A stretch of DNA of 40,285 nucleotides. Origin: a virus. Lineage: Duplodnaviria; Caudoviricetes. The position numbers and the translations under genes were made by a program. The first letter of the stretch is position 1. Each line of letters begins with the position of its first letter. Shown here in pieces: positions 9,754 to 18,279 of the stretch. The notes beneath the pieces were generated by a model. That model saw only the letters and a program-made list of their open reading frames with translations, was not told the origin of the DNA and searched no databases. The stretch is taken from positions 1 through 40,285 of IMG/VR virus record IMGVR_UViG_3300044858_003641. One strand, given 5' to 3'.

Positions 9754-9842
9754 GCACCGGATACAGACCCTGGTACTCAAGGAGTTCGCGCCGTTTCCAT
9801 CGCAGGCGCAGGACGCGAAGGACATGATCAAGGAGTGGCGGC

Positions 9843-9959
9843 ATGAGCAACGGTGCAAACTTGTCCGATCTGAGCGTGGTGCTGATCATCGTGGTGCCGG
9901 TGATTCTGGCGCTGCTGCTGGCGTGGGAACACTGGAGAAAGAATGATGGACCCTATTAG
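9843..9959 (+). CDS. 38-aa single-TM peptide in lysis cassette (not in ORF track)
   Basis: AAGGAG RBS at 9830; MSNGANLSDLSVVLIIVVPVILALLLAWEHWRKNDGPY*. Confidence 0.55.
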   Translation: MSNGANLSDLSVVLIIVVPVILALLLAWEHWRKNDGPY

Positions 9960-10470
9960 CGTTGCTCTGGGCCTGGCGCAATTTGCCCCGGCCATCCTCA
10001 AGTGGATCACCGGCAGTGACAAGTCGGCCGCCGTGGCCGAGAAGGTGGTTGACATCGCCAAGGCCGTGACCGGCCGCCCCGATGGCCCTGCTGCGCTGAC
10101 TGCTCTCCAGGCAGATCCGGCGGCAGTGCTCAAGTTCAACGAGGCCGTGATGCTGAACGAGACCGGGCTGGAGAAGGCCTACCTACAAGATCGCGCCGAC
10201 GCCCGGGATCGCGACAAGGAGTTCATCCGCGCAGGCCGGATCAACTGGCGGGCGGACATCCTGGCGTTCCTCGCCGTGTCCGGCCTGGTGACCTGCGTCT
10301 GGTTCGTGGCCAGGGATTCGGCGCTGCCCGAGCGCGCCGTCAATGCCATCATGTTCGTGGCTGGCGTACTGGCCAGCGCCGTGCGCGACGTCTATGGATT
10401 CGAGTTTGGATCGAGCCGCGGCAGCAAGGAAAACGGCGAGACCATCCGGCAGATGCTGTCTCAGAAATAG
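9943..10470 (+). CDS. Putative holin (3TM/GTA-holin-like)
   Basis: MDPISVALGLAQFAP N-terminus, DRADARDRD motif, two C-terminal TM segments and FEFGSSRGS; follows the endolysin. Confidence 0.75.
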   Translation: MMDPISVALGLAQFAPAILKWITGSDKSAAVAEKVVDIAKAVTGRPDGPAALTALQADPAAVLKFNEAVMLNETGLEKAYLQDRADARDRDKEFIRAGRINWRADILAFLAVSGLVTCVWFVARDSALPERAVNAIMFVAGVLASAVRDVYGFEFGSSRGSKENGETIRQMLSQK

Positions 10471-10680
10471 CTGTCTAATACTCGACGCAGCACCCAAGTG
10501 TAGCGCGGCATTCGTGTCACGCATTACGCATTTTGTTTTAGACAGAACAGCGCAAACCATGTTGCGCAATCAGCACCTTAGCGCGCATTGCTGCGCTTAC
10601 TGATGCCATAAAGACGACAGCCCATTTTATGCGGTTCTCCGGTCGATTTTGGTGATTTGAATTAGACGCGTCTAATACTT
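10471..10680. other. Putative attP with integrase arm-type repeats
   Basis: Non-coding, relatively AT-rich gap at the 3' end of int. GTCTAA(T/A)A repeats near 10473 (+), 10537 (-), 10660 (-) and 10670 (+), including the palindrome ATTAGACGCGTCTAAT at 10661-10676. Confidence 0.6.
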
Positions 10681-11631
10681 CTGCTTTGCTACAGGGGTAA
10701 CGATGGGCGTTTCCTTGCTGCGCAGGTAGCGCAAATGGCTAGATTCTGAGTGGTGACCGAGCAGCGCCTGGGAGTCAATCCCCTGCTTCTTCGCGTCCGT
10801 GGCGGCCTTTGCCCTGATGTCGTGCATGTGGGCATCCTCGACCTTTGCGCCGACGCAGGCGCGATCCCATAGCGTGCGGACGGTGCTGTAGGTGAACGGG
10901 GTTCCCTTGCGCGAGTGGAACAGCGTCATGCCCTTGACAGACTGATGCAGGGCGCGGGCCGTGGCGACGGCGGCGCGTAGATCATCCGTCCATCCGACAA
11001 TGAGCCGGTTCTTGGTTTTCTGTTGCTTGAAGGTTATTCCATCATCTCCAAGGTCGGCAATGCGAATCGCTAATACATCGCCAATCCGCTGGCCTGTCAA
11101 ATAGCTGATGTCCATGATCGCCCGCATGGTCGGGGTTGCCTTCTGCCAGATGGCGGCAAATTCGCCGTGTGTGATGTAGCGATCTCGGGTTGCCGTCGCC
11201 ATTGGTTGTACGTCGCGGGCGACGTTGCGCTCGACCAGTTGCTCGCGGAATGCGTATTCTAGGGAACCAATCAGCACGGTTCGCATGTGGTTCGCCATGC
11301 CTGGCTTGTGCCGGTGGTGGTGCATGATCGCCATGATGTCGCGGGCCGTGACCTGGGCCGGCGTGAATTCGACAAGGATCTCGGAAAGCTGCCGAACTAC
11401 TACGTTGTAGGTTTGCCGCGTCTTGGTGGCGATCTGAATATCATTCATCCACCGGATCATCAAGTCGGGCATCTTTTCGCCGCCGGTCTCGCGCCGGCTG
11501 GCGTACTCGCGCAACGCTTCGCCCTCGGATTCACCTAACCTAATCCACTTGCCGCGCTGGACTAGGTAGTAGGCACCGTGTTTAGCGTAGACGCAGGCTG
11601 GGAGATGGCGATCTGTCTTGCGTGGGCGCAT
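10672..11631 (-). CDS. int: Tyrosine recombinase (phage integrase)
   Basis: Catalytic set TGQRIGD (R), QQKTK (K), HDIR (HxxR), LLGH, LRY (Y); likely start MRPRKTDRHLP at 11631. Confidence 0.93.
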   Translation of the reverse strand: MRPRKTDRHLPACVYAKHGAYYLVQRGKWIRLGESEGEALREYASRRETGGEKMPDLMIRWMNDIQIATKTRQTYNVVVRQLSEILVEFTPAQVTARDIMAIMHHHRHKPGMANHMRTVLIGSLEYAFREQLVERNVARDVQPMATATRDRYITHGEFAAIWQKATPTMRAIMDISYLTGQRIGDVLAIRIADLGDDGITFKQQKTKNRLIVGWTDDLRAAVATARALHQSVKGMTLFHSRKGTPFTYSTVRTLWDRACVGAKVEDAHMHDIRAKAATDAKKQGIDSQALLGHHSESSHLRYLRSKETPIVTPVAKQKY

Positions 11632-11773
11632 GGAAGATGGACTCTTTGAACACGACGATACTACCATCCGGCCTGGTGCGGTATTGAATTCCAAGAGCGT
11701 CCAATACCTTGCGCTGCGCTGGAATGCGCTCGCGCTCGGTAAGGGCGGCTATTTCTTGGCGGGACAGGATCAA
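11582..11773 (-). CDS. Putative excisionase (DUF4224-like)
   Basis: LSRQEIAALT..AQRKVLDALGI.YRTRPDGSIVV; overlaps the integrase start. Confidence 0.8.
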   Translation of the reverse strand: MILSRQEIAALTERERIPAQRKVLDALGIQYRTRPDGSIVVFKESIFHAPTQDRSPSPSLRLR

Positions 11774-11792
11774 CCCTGGCTCCTGATGTAGG

Positions 11793-12308
11793 TCACGATT
11801 GCGCCTCCTTCATTGCTGCGTCGATGGCGGCGTCGAGTTGCTCTCCGCTAATCAAGAATGTGGAATCGTCGCAGGGGTCGAAATACATCAACGTGTGGAG
11901 TCGCTCGTCGTAGTCGTTGCGAATGAACCGATACCGCTCCGCATCCTTCCGCAGTTCGCTCTTTGGCATACGAGCGTGAGCGTGTTTGAATGCTCTTAGA
12001 TCACCCATTTCCTGCGTCAGTTCCTCCACCTTGGATTCAGCCGCAGCGAGTTTCTGATTCGCCATTTGCAAGTCGAGGTCGATGGTTTCGAGTCGGCTCA
12101 CCTTGGCGCGTAGGGTAGCGGTTTCATTGCGCCAAAATTCCTCATTGGTGGCGTGAGCCGCTCCGGTCTGCATCCATGCTGCAATGCGTCTAGCGAAGGC
12201 TTCAGCAAGATCAACATTCATCTCTATTCCGCTGGTTTTTTCGTCACACCAGCACTGCGCTGCAATGGCTTGAGCTTCGGGCATCCAATCGTAGGGTTTT
12301 GCATCCAT
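11793..12308 (-). CDS. Hypothetical phage early protein with coiled coil
   Basis: LRKDAERYRF...LDAAIDAAM motif common in phage accessory genes; lower GC. Confidence 0.7.
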   Translation of the reverse strand: MDAKPYDWMPEAQAIAAQCWCDEKTSGIEMNVDLAEAFARRIAAWMQTGAAHATNEEFWRNETATLRAKVSRLETIDLDLQMANQKLAAAESKVEELTQEMGDLRAFKHAHARMPKSELRKDAERYRFIRNDYDERLHTLMYFDPCDDSTFLISGEQLDAAIDAAMKEAQS

Positions 12309-12311
12309 CTC

Positions 12312-12401
12312 TCACCCCCCTATCGGCGCGAACGCCAAGTAACCAATCGCAAGGCCGAATACCAAACCTGTTGCGAGTCCGTAGAGAAACATAGCGGTCA
12401 T
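12312..12401 (-). CDS. 29-aa hydrophobic peptide (not in ORF track)
   Basis: ATGA-coupled to the upstream gene; MTAMFLYGLATGLVFGLAIGYLAFAPIGG*; fills the intergenic gap. Confidence 0.5.
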   Translation of the reverse strand: MTAMFLYGLATGLVFGLAIGYLAFAPIGG

Positions 12402-12763
12402 TTGATTTCTTCCATCTCAATGAGCAGGTCCAGGAAGTGCCTGGCCTTCTTGAGATCCTCGATGCCGTTCTTGTTGCGCCAGCGACTGACGTACTTGATG
12501 ACGCTGCCCTCGATGTACCCAATACCGTTTTTGTGGATGTACTCGACCGGCTGGATGGCCATGGTCTTGTAATGCCCGCCGCCGACCTGGACGTCCAGCG
12601 CGCTGGGATCGGCCGGCGCCGTGGTGATCGGATCGAACTGGCATCCGACCGTCAGCACGCAGTTCCCCTCCGTGCCCCAGCGACACTGCTCGCACGGAGG
12701 TTCCGGTTGCGCGTCGTGGATGTCTGGATCGAGGTAGTCGTTGTGCATGGATGTGAAACTCAT
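12398..12763 (-). CDS. DUF3310 protein (T7 gp1.7-like nucleotide kinase family)
   Basis: QVGGGHYK..IQPVEYI..EGSVIKYVSRWRNKNGIEDLKKARHFL signature; Cys-rich N-terminus. Confidence 0.85.
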   Translation of the reverse strand: MSFTSMHNDYLDPDIHDAQPEPPCEQCRWGTEGNCVLTVGCQFDPITTAPADPSALDVQVGGGHYKTMAIQPVEYIHKNGIGYIEGSVIKYVSRWRNKNGIEDLKKARHFLDLLIEMEEIK

Positions 12764-14136
12764 GGTGATGTCCTTTTCATGTAGTCAAGCAGGATCTGCT
12801 GCACGTCGGCCTTGCTCTGGCGCCGGACGGCAACGAGTTCATCGACGGTGTTGCGCGCCACAATGCGATGCACATACACCTCGCGGTTGCGACCGGACTG
12901 CGCCTGGCGAGTGGGGCCGATCCGCTCGAGGATCTGCATGTCCTCCTCGAGGTTCCAACCCGACGAGAAGTAGGCAAGGATGTTGCCCCCGTCTTGCAGG
13001 TTGAGACCGTGGCCGGCGCTGGCCGGGTGGGCTACCAGGAGATCGATCTTCCCGGCGTTCCAATCCGCAATCGTCTGCGGGTTCTTGTCGAGGTGGCGGG
13101 CGCGCTTGCCGAACTTGGCGAGGATACGGGCGAGGTCGGAGCGGAACTGGTAGGAGACCAGCACAGGCGCGCCCGCAGCTTCCTCAACAATGTCTTCCAG
13201 GGCATCAAGTTTTTCATCATGGATTGCTTCCCAGTTGCCGGCGTCGTCGACATAGGCGGCGCCGTTTGCCATTTGCAGGCACTTGTTGGTGCGGGCCGCG
13301 GCGCTGAATGCCTCGACTTCGTGCGTGCCGATCTGCGCGAACATCTCGCGCTCCATGTCCTGATACAGGCGGCGCGCCTTGGGCGGCAGATCCACCAGGA
13401 TGGTGTTCTCGATCAGCGGCGGCAGGTCGAGGTAGTCGGATGCCGTGATGGTGATGCAGAGGTCGGCCAACTTGGCCTGGATCTCGGCTTGCGCATGGGG
13501 CAGTGGCTCAAGCCCATACCCGTCGTACTTCATGCGGAACCACCGATCGATGAAGGACTGGTGCGTGCGGCCCAGACGGATGCCGGCATCGAGGAACCAC
13601 TGGATTCCCCATAAATCCCCGAGGCCATTACCGCAGGGTGTACCTGTCAAATTTATCCAGCGTGTGGCGCGCTTGTGCGCGTATCGGGCGATCGCCCTGG
13701 CGCGGGCCGTTCCTTGCCGCAGGCGGAACCCTTTGAGTTTGGTGGCCTCGTCGGCGATGACAGTCTTGAACGGGAAATTGTCGCCAAGGTGGTCGGCCAT
13801 CCACACCAGGTTGTCGTAGTTGATGCAGTAGATGTCGGCGCGGCGAGCCAGGGCAAGGCGACGTTCTTGCGCGGTGCCAGTGACAACAGACACACGAAGG
13901 TGCTGGAGGTGAGGCCACTTCTTTACTTCGTCCGGCCAGGTTGTCTGCGCGACACGAAGCGGGGCAAGCACCAGCACCGGATAGACGTCGTCGATAAGGT
14001 TCAACTGTTCGATCGCCGTTAAAGCGGACAGGGTCTTTCCGCTGCCCATTGAAGCGAACACGTTGCACCGTGGATTGTCAATGATGAACCTGACAATGGC
14101 TCGCTGATAGTCACGGAGGCTGGGGAAGTTAGACAT
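12760..14136 (-). CDS. SNF2-like SF2 helicase
   Basis: Walker A MGSGKT, VIADEA, LTGTP, SAGHGLNLQ, late arginine motif ERIGPTRQ. Confidence 0.92.
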   Translation of the reverse strand: MSNFPSLRDYQRAIVRFIIDNPRCNVFASMGSGKTLSALTAIEQLNLIDDVYPVLVLAPLRVAQTTWPDEVKKWPHLQHLRVSVVTGTAQERRLALARRADIYCINYDNLVWMADHLGDNFPFKTVIADEATKLKGFRLRQGTARARAIARYAHKRATRWINLTGTPCGNGLGDLWGIQWFLDAGIRLGRTHQSFIDRWFRMKYDGYGLEPLPHAQAEIQAKLADLCITITASDYLDLPPLIENTILVDLPPKARRLYQDMEREMFAQIGTHEVEAFSAAARTNKCLQMANGAAYVDDAGNWEAIHDEKLDALEDIVEEAAGAPVLVSYQFRSDLARILAKFGKRARHLDKNPQTIADWNAGKIDLLVAHPASAGHGLNLQDGGNILAYFSSGWNLEEDMQILERIGPTRQAQSGRNREVYVHRIVARNTVDELVAVRRQSKADVQQILLDYMKRTSP

Positions 14137-14635
14137 TATTCAAGGTTGCAAACGCACCAAAATGTTTAGCGGCGGCCTCGTCATAAACCCAAGATGCCTC
14201 GATCGGATCTTGAAATCTCCCCAGATAGGTCTGCTTCCCGTTTATTTTGATCTGCGCGTGCCAAAGTCCGCTTTTAAGATTTTTAGACACTCCCCTCAAC
14301 CCCGACGTGTTGTGCGAAGGTATGCCAGAATTCCCTGTGTTTTGCTGTTGAGTACAGGCGCGAAGATTTGCCCATTGGTTGTCTAACCGGTCCCGATTGA
14401 CATGGTCGATCTCAGATGGCGCTTCTCCCTCAACTAAGAACCACGCGAGGCGATGCAACCGGATAAATTTTTTGCAAACACTTACATGCAAATAGCCCTT
14501 TCCGTCTACGGTTCCGACAACTTCCCCTGCCGATTTGTTTGACCGTCCTACTTTTCTTGTGATTGCCCCGGTTACCTTGTCGTAGGAAAATAGCGACGAC
14601 AGGAAGTCAAACCCAAAACCCTGTAGCGTGGTCAT
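14129..14635 (-). CDS. HNH-AP2 homing endonuclease
   Basis: HRLAW..IDHVNRDRLDNQWANLR (HNH); NTSGLRGV..WHAQI..YLGRF..YDEAAAKHFGAFA (AP2); AT-richer than its flanks. Confidence 0.92.
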   Translation of the reverse strand: MTTLQGFGFDFLSSLFSYDKVTGAITRKVGRSNKSAGEVVGTVDGKGYLHVSVCKKFIRLHRLAWFLVEGEAPSEIDHVNRDRLDNQWANLRACTQQQNTGNSGIPSHNTSGLRGVSKNLKSGLWHAQIKINGKQTYLGRFQDPIEASWVYDEAAAKHFGAFATLNNV

Positions 14636-14898
14636 CCCAACACCTCGTCAATCTTCTCCACCGTGTCCAGCACCAGCACCCGCTGGCCCATCTTCAGCAT
14701 GCGTGCGTGCTCCCTTGCCTGATGCGCCTCGGCCTCGCCGCCGGGGCGTTTTGTTTCCACCCAGTGCAGTACGGCGCCGGGGAGCATCACGACGCGATCC
14801 GGCGCACCGCGGCGGCCGATCCATTTGAGTTTGCGCACCTCGCCGCCCAGCGCCTTGACGCGGGTGACCAGGTGCCGCTCGACATCCCGCTCGCGCAT
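14632..14898 (-). CDS. VRR-NUC nuclease
   Basis: MRERDVE..GAPDRVV..WVETK..Q PD-(D/E)xK pattern. Confidence 0.88.
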   Translation of the reverse strand: MRERDVERHLVTRVKALGGEVRKLKWIGRRGAPDRVVMLPGAVLHWVETKRPGGEAEAHQAREHARMLKMGQRVLVLDTVEKIDEVLG

Positions 14899-15032
14899 CA
14901 GATTCCCCAGAACCCGTAGCAGGGGACGAAGCGCCACTGCATGGCGATCTTGGCGCGGACGATGTGCGGATCGCCGTCACCCTTCGCGGTGTGGGTGGTG
15001 ACCCAGACCCATACGGTCTTGTTCTTGTTCAT
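14898..15032 (-). CDS. Hypothetical 44-aa protein (not in ORF track)
   Basis: MNKNKTVWVWVTTH...CYGFWGI*; overlaps both neighbours in a coupled arrangement. Confidence 0.55.
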   Translation of the reverse strand: MNKNKTVWVWVTTHTAKGDGDPHIVRAKIAMQWRFVPCYGFWGI

Positions 15033-15208
15033 TGCGAGATCCCCAACTGACGATGCAGGACGAAGCGGTCGAGTTCATCCCGCTTGCGCATGGCCTGGTG
15101 CTCCAGGTCGCGGGCGAGGTAGCTGTCGTCGGTGTGCCAGGCGAGGTAGGCCTGGATCTCGAGGCGGCGGGCCAGCCACCATGTCCACCAGTAGATGATG
15201 GTGCTCAT
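15029..15208 (-). CDS. Hypothetical 59-aa protein
   Basis: MSTIIYWWTWWLARR...; ATGA-coupled to the polymerase stop, GGAG RBS. Confidence 0.6.
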   Translation of the reverse strand: MSTIIYWWTWWLARRLEIQAYLAWHTDDSYLARDLEHQAMRKRDELDRFVLHRQLGISQ

Positions 15209-17013
15209 GCGAAGATCTCCTCTTGCTTGGTTGCGACAACAAGGCCCAGGTCGGCGAGCATCGACTCGGCCTCGGCGATGTACCAGTCCAGATCCACGTC
15301 GGCCGGGAAGGCCGCGGGCAGGGTCTGGCAGGCCTTGGCGCCGTCGGATCGGGCGACCTTGTTGCCGTTGCTGGCGTAGGTGATGGGCGCGCCGTCGGCC
15401 CGGCTGTAGTACCAGCGCACCACGCGGCCCAGCGGCTGGCCCTTCCACACGGCGCCGCCCTTGACCTGGCGCAGGGTGAGGAACTTGCGGATGTCCTCGC
15501 ACCAGGTGATGGTGTCCTGGACCGGCGTGCCGTTGCGCAGGTAGTCGATGACGGCGGTGGTGCAGATCTCGTTCTGCGGCGACTTCATCAGTGTGGTGGT
15601 GGCATAGGCGCCCTTGGTCTTGATGCTGCCGTCGGTCTTGATGGCGATGTAGTTGTTCACGTCCCGCGAGTACAGTGCGGCGTAGTGCGCGGCGTCGGTG
15701 TCAAACCCGGTGGTGGTCTCCCACCAGCAGACGATCGCATCCATCTCGGCGACCTTGGCGCGCGGGCACTTGATCACCACGCCGTCGGTGTTGGCGCTGA
15801 CAACGCGGATGCCGTGCTGCTCCAACCGCTCGATCAGCATCAGCAGCGCCAGTTGCCCGGTCAGGGTGACCTGGAGGAACAGCGCCGGGGCGTACAGCAC
15901 CGACCACTTGCTGCCCAGCTTGCCGAAGCTGCCGTTGATGCAGATCTTCAGCGCAGCGTCGGTGACCTTGTCGCCGGCCGCCTTGGCCGCGAGGCGGCGC
16001 TGGACGATGCCGGCATACACCGGCAGGAAGTGTTCTCCCATGTTGGTCGGCGCCAGGCCGCAGCGCAGGATGATCGACGGGTAGTAGCTGGCGACGTCAC
16101 GGTCGACCAGCAGGGTGTCTGCGTCGGCGTGGTGGCACGCCTTGGACTCGGTGCTGTGCAGACCGCCGATGCCCAGGGTGTAGTGCGTGTCGTGAAACCC
16201 GACCATGCACTCGGCCAGCGAGTCGGGCAGGATCGGACTCCCCCACTGGTCGATGCGGTAGTCGGCATCGCACACGGCGTTGAACACGGTGGCGCCGGTG
16301 GCGGTGACGAAGCTGACCCAGTCCGGCGGGGTGTAGTGCAGCTTGGTGCCGGGTGCTACCTCGGTGCGGCGCAGTTGCTTGCCGCCGTTCAACTTCTCCA
16401 CCTCGGCCTTGATCACGGCCTCGGCGATCTGCGCGTCGGACTTGCTGCGCAGGTCGATGCCGTACTCCGCGGTCATGCGGCGGCGCAGGTCAATCTGCGG
16501 CAGGAGGTGGTTGTAGAGTTGCTCGGTGAGGTCCAGGTCGTTGGCGCAATACTGGCGAAGCAGCGGGTACTGGTCGGGCGTGATGGTGGCATCAGGCGCG
16601 ATCGGCAGGTCTTGCAGCGTCGGGGCGTGAAGGCGGCCGGCGTACTGCTTGAGGCCGACCTGCCCGGGCGCGACTTCGATGATGTCGATGTGGTCACACT
16701 CGATCTGGTCGAGGCCGTACTCGCGGTAGATCTCCCAGGACTTCTTGTTGCCCACGATGATGTCGTCGCAGACCTGCTTGATCCTGGCGTTGTCGGCGCC
16801 GGTCAGCGCCATGGCCAGCACGGGCAAGTCGAAGTGATTGCCGTTGAAGCTGATCAGCGTGTAGGCGGCGAGGATGCGCTGGATCTTGTCGGCGTCGATG
16901 GACTGGTCGGGCAGTCGCTCGAAGCAGACTACGTTCCCGGTGGCCAGGTTCTTGAAGGCCACCAGGAAGTAGTCGCGGTAGATCTCGCAGTCGAATACGG
17001 CGGTGGGTTTCAT
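15205..17013 (-). CDS. DNA polymerase, family B-like, with 3'-5' exonuclease
   Basis: ExoI FDCEIY, ExoII FNGNHFD, ExoIII YCANDL; motif A DVASYYPSII, motif B KICINGSFGKLG, motif C SANTDGVV. Confidence 0.92.
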   Translation of the reverse strand: MKPTAVFDCEIYRDYFLVAFKNLATGNVVCFERLPDQSIDADKIQRILAAYTLISFNGNHFDLPVLAMALTGADNARIKQVCDDIIVGNKKSWEIYREYGLDQIECDHIDIIEVAPGQVGLKQYAGRLHAPTLQDLPIAPDATITPDQYPLLRQYCANDLDLTEQLYNHLLPQIDLRRRMTAEYGIDLRSKSDAQIAEAVIKAEVEKLNGGKQLRRTEVAPGTKLHYTPPDWVSFVTATGATVFNAVCDADYRIDQWGSPILPDSLAECMVGFHDTHYTLGIGGLHSTESKACHHADADTLLVDRDVASYYPSIILRCGLAPTNMGEHFLPVYAGIVQRRLAAKAAGDKVTDAALKICINGSFGKLGSKWSVLYAPALFLQVTLTGQLALLMLIERLEQHGIRVVSANTDGVVIKCPRAKVAEMDAIVCWWETTTGFDTDAAHYAALYSRDVNNYIAIKTDGSIKTKGAYATTTLMKSPQNEICTTAVIDYLRNGTPVQDTITWCEDIRKFLTLRQVKGGAVWKGQPLGRVVRWYYSRADGAPITYASNGNKVARSDGAKACQTLPAAFPADVDLDWYIAEAESMLADLGLVVATKQEEIFA

Positions 17014-17717
17014 GCGGCCTCTGCTTCAAAGAGCGACTCGACCAGGGCAACATTCCATTTGAGGTTGTAGCCCGTTTTGCCGGCACGCTCCCAATGGTGC
17101 TGCGATGCCTTGCCGCGGGCTTGCTCAGTCGGCACCCAATCCCCGTTGATCTTTACCTGATACCCGAGATCTGCCAGTAGGTTGTTCACCGCACGGCCAG
17201 ACAACCCATGGCGCTTGCCGATTTCAGTCGGCTCAAGCATCATTTCCTCATAGGCGATGTTGTTCTGACTCGGCGTGTGTTGCAGCAGCGCCATGTAATC
17301 CTTGCCGGTGGTCGCCTTGAGCATCTTGACGCCCTCGACCTGGGTGATATGGATAGGTACGCCGAGCACCTGGCCGATGGCCATGAACTCCTGCAACTCG
17401 ACGGCCGCTGCCGGTAGCACTGGGCCGGCAACAATCTTTTCCAGTGCTTCCAGGCGGTCGATCACTTTGGCGCGGCGAACCACGTCATACCCGGTGATCA
17501 GGATCTTGACCTCGCGTGCTGGTAATTCGTAGCAAGCGCGGGTTTCGCCTTTGGCATCGACGTAACCGGAGCAGAATTGCTCTGGTTGAATATCGAGCGC
17601 CCCCAACATCTTGCGAACATCTCGCATGACCATGTTGTGAGTCTTGCCCGTTAGCTCGGCGATCTCCAGACTGCTGATAGTCTGGAGATCCCTGCTCATG
17701 GTGGTGAGCGCGTTCAT
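17010..17717 (-). CDS. Rha-family/antirepressor-like regulator
   Basis: N-terminal ISSLEIAELTGKTHNMVMRDVR..YVDAKGETR.CYEL (Rha); C-terminal PTEIGK..SGRAVNNLL..GYQ..WVPTE DNA-binding-like domain. Confidence 0.82.
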   Translation of the reverse strand: MNALTTMSRDLQTISSLEIAELTGKTHNMVMRDVRKMLGALDIQPEQFCSGYVDAKGETRACYELPAREVKILITGYDVVRRAKVIDRLEALEKIVAGPVLPAAAVELQEFMAIGQVLGVPIHITQVEGVKMLKATTGKDYMALLQHTPSQNNIAYEEMMLEPTEIGKRHGLSGRAVNNLLADLGYQVKINGDWVPTEQARGKASQHHWERAGKTGYNLKWNVALVESLFEAEAA

Positions 17718-17719
17718 GC

Positions 17720-18262
17720 TTACACCAGGTCCGCGTACTCGCTCTCGTCGATCGGCGCGAACTCGTCGTTGCTGATCGGCTTGCCGCCACCGAACGACTC
17801 GCCGTCGCGGGCGAACTGCACCCAGCGCAGGGTGGCGTTGATGCGCTTGCCAAAACCGTTGTCCTGCGCCCAGACCTCAATGCTGCCGACGACGTAGCAA
17901 CCACCGTAGGGGCGACCGCTGGACTCGTCGAGCGGGGCGGTGTCGCGGTCGATCACCTGGGGCCGCGTCTTGCTGCTGGCGCTGACGAACCACTGGTCGG
18001 CATACCCGTCGTAGGCCTTGGTGTTGCCGTCGCGCAGGCAGGTGCGGCCGCTGGCGGTGAGCGCCTTGAGTTCGGCGTCGGCCTTGGCGCCCCACTTCTC
18101 CTTGGCGACGGCCTTGATGGCGGCCTCGACCTCGGCCTTGACCGGGTGGTCAGCGGGGAAGATGAAGCTGGCGCCGAAGGTCTTCTTGCCGTCGGACTGG
18201 ACCTGGGGCTGGAACAGATGGGGGAAGGACAAGCGGACGTTCTTAAGTGTGATGATGGCCAT
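17720..18262 (-). CDS. ssDNA-binding protein (DUF2815, T7 gp2.5-like)
   Basis: LKNVRLSFPHLF..LRDG..YGGCYV..WAQDNGFGKRINATL.VQF.RDGE; acidic tail. Confidence 0.88.
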   Translation of the reverse strand: MAIITLKNVRLSFPHLFQPQVQSDGKKTFGASFIFPADHPVKAEVEAAIKAVAKEKWGAKADAELKALTASGRTCLRDGNTKAYDGYADQWFVSASSKTRPQVIDRDTAPLDESSGRPYGGCYVVGSIEVWAQDNGFGKRINATLRWVQFARDGESFGGGKPISNDEFAPIDESEYADLV

Positions 18263-18279
18263 GGTGGTCTCCTTGAGGG

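Noticed and set aside
9734-9946. 70-aa ORF after the endolysin
   Set aside because: Not listed as a feature: no motif, and it overlaps the better-supported 38-aa TM ORF; cannot be fully excluded
10471-10671. tRNA or tRNA fragment at the att site
   Set aside because: No cloverleaf, T-loop GTTCGA or CCA end recognisable
15223-17070. 615-aa + strand ORF
   Set aside because: Antisense shadow of the DNA polymerase caused by high-GC codon bias; no recognisable motifs
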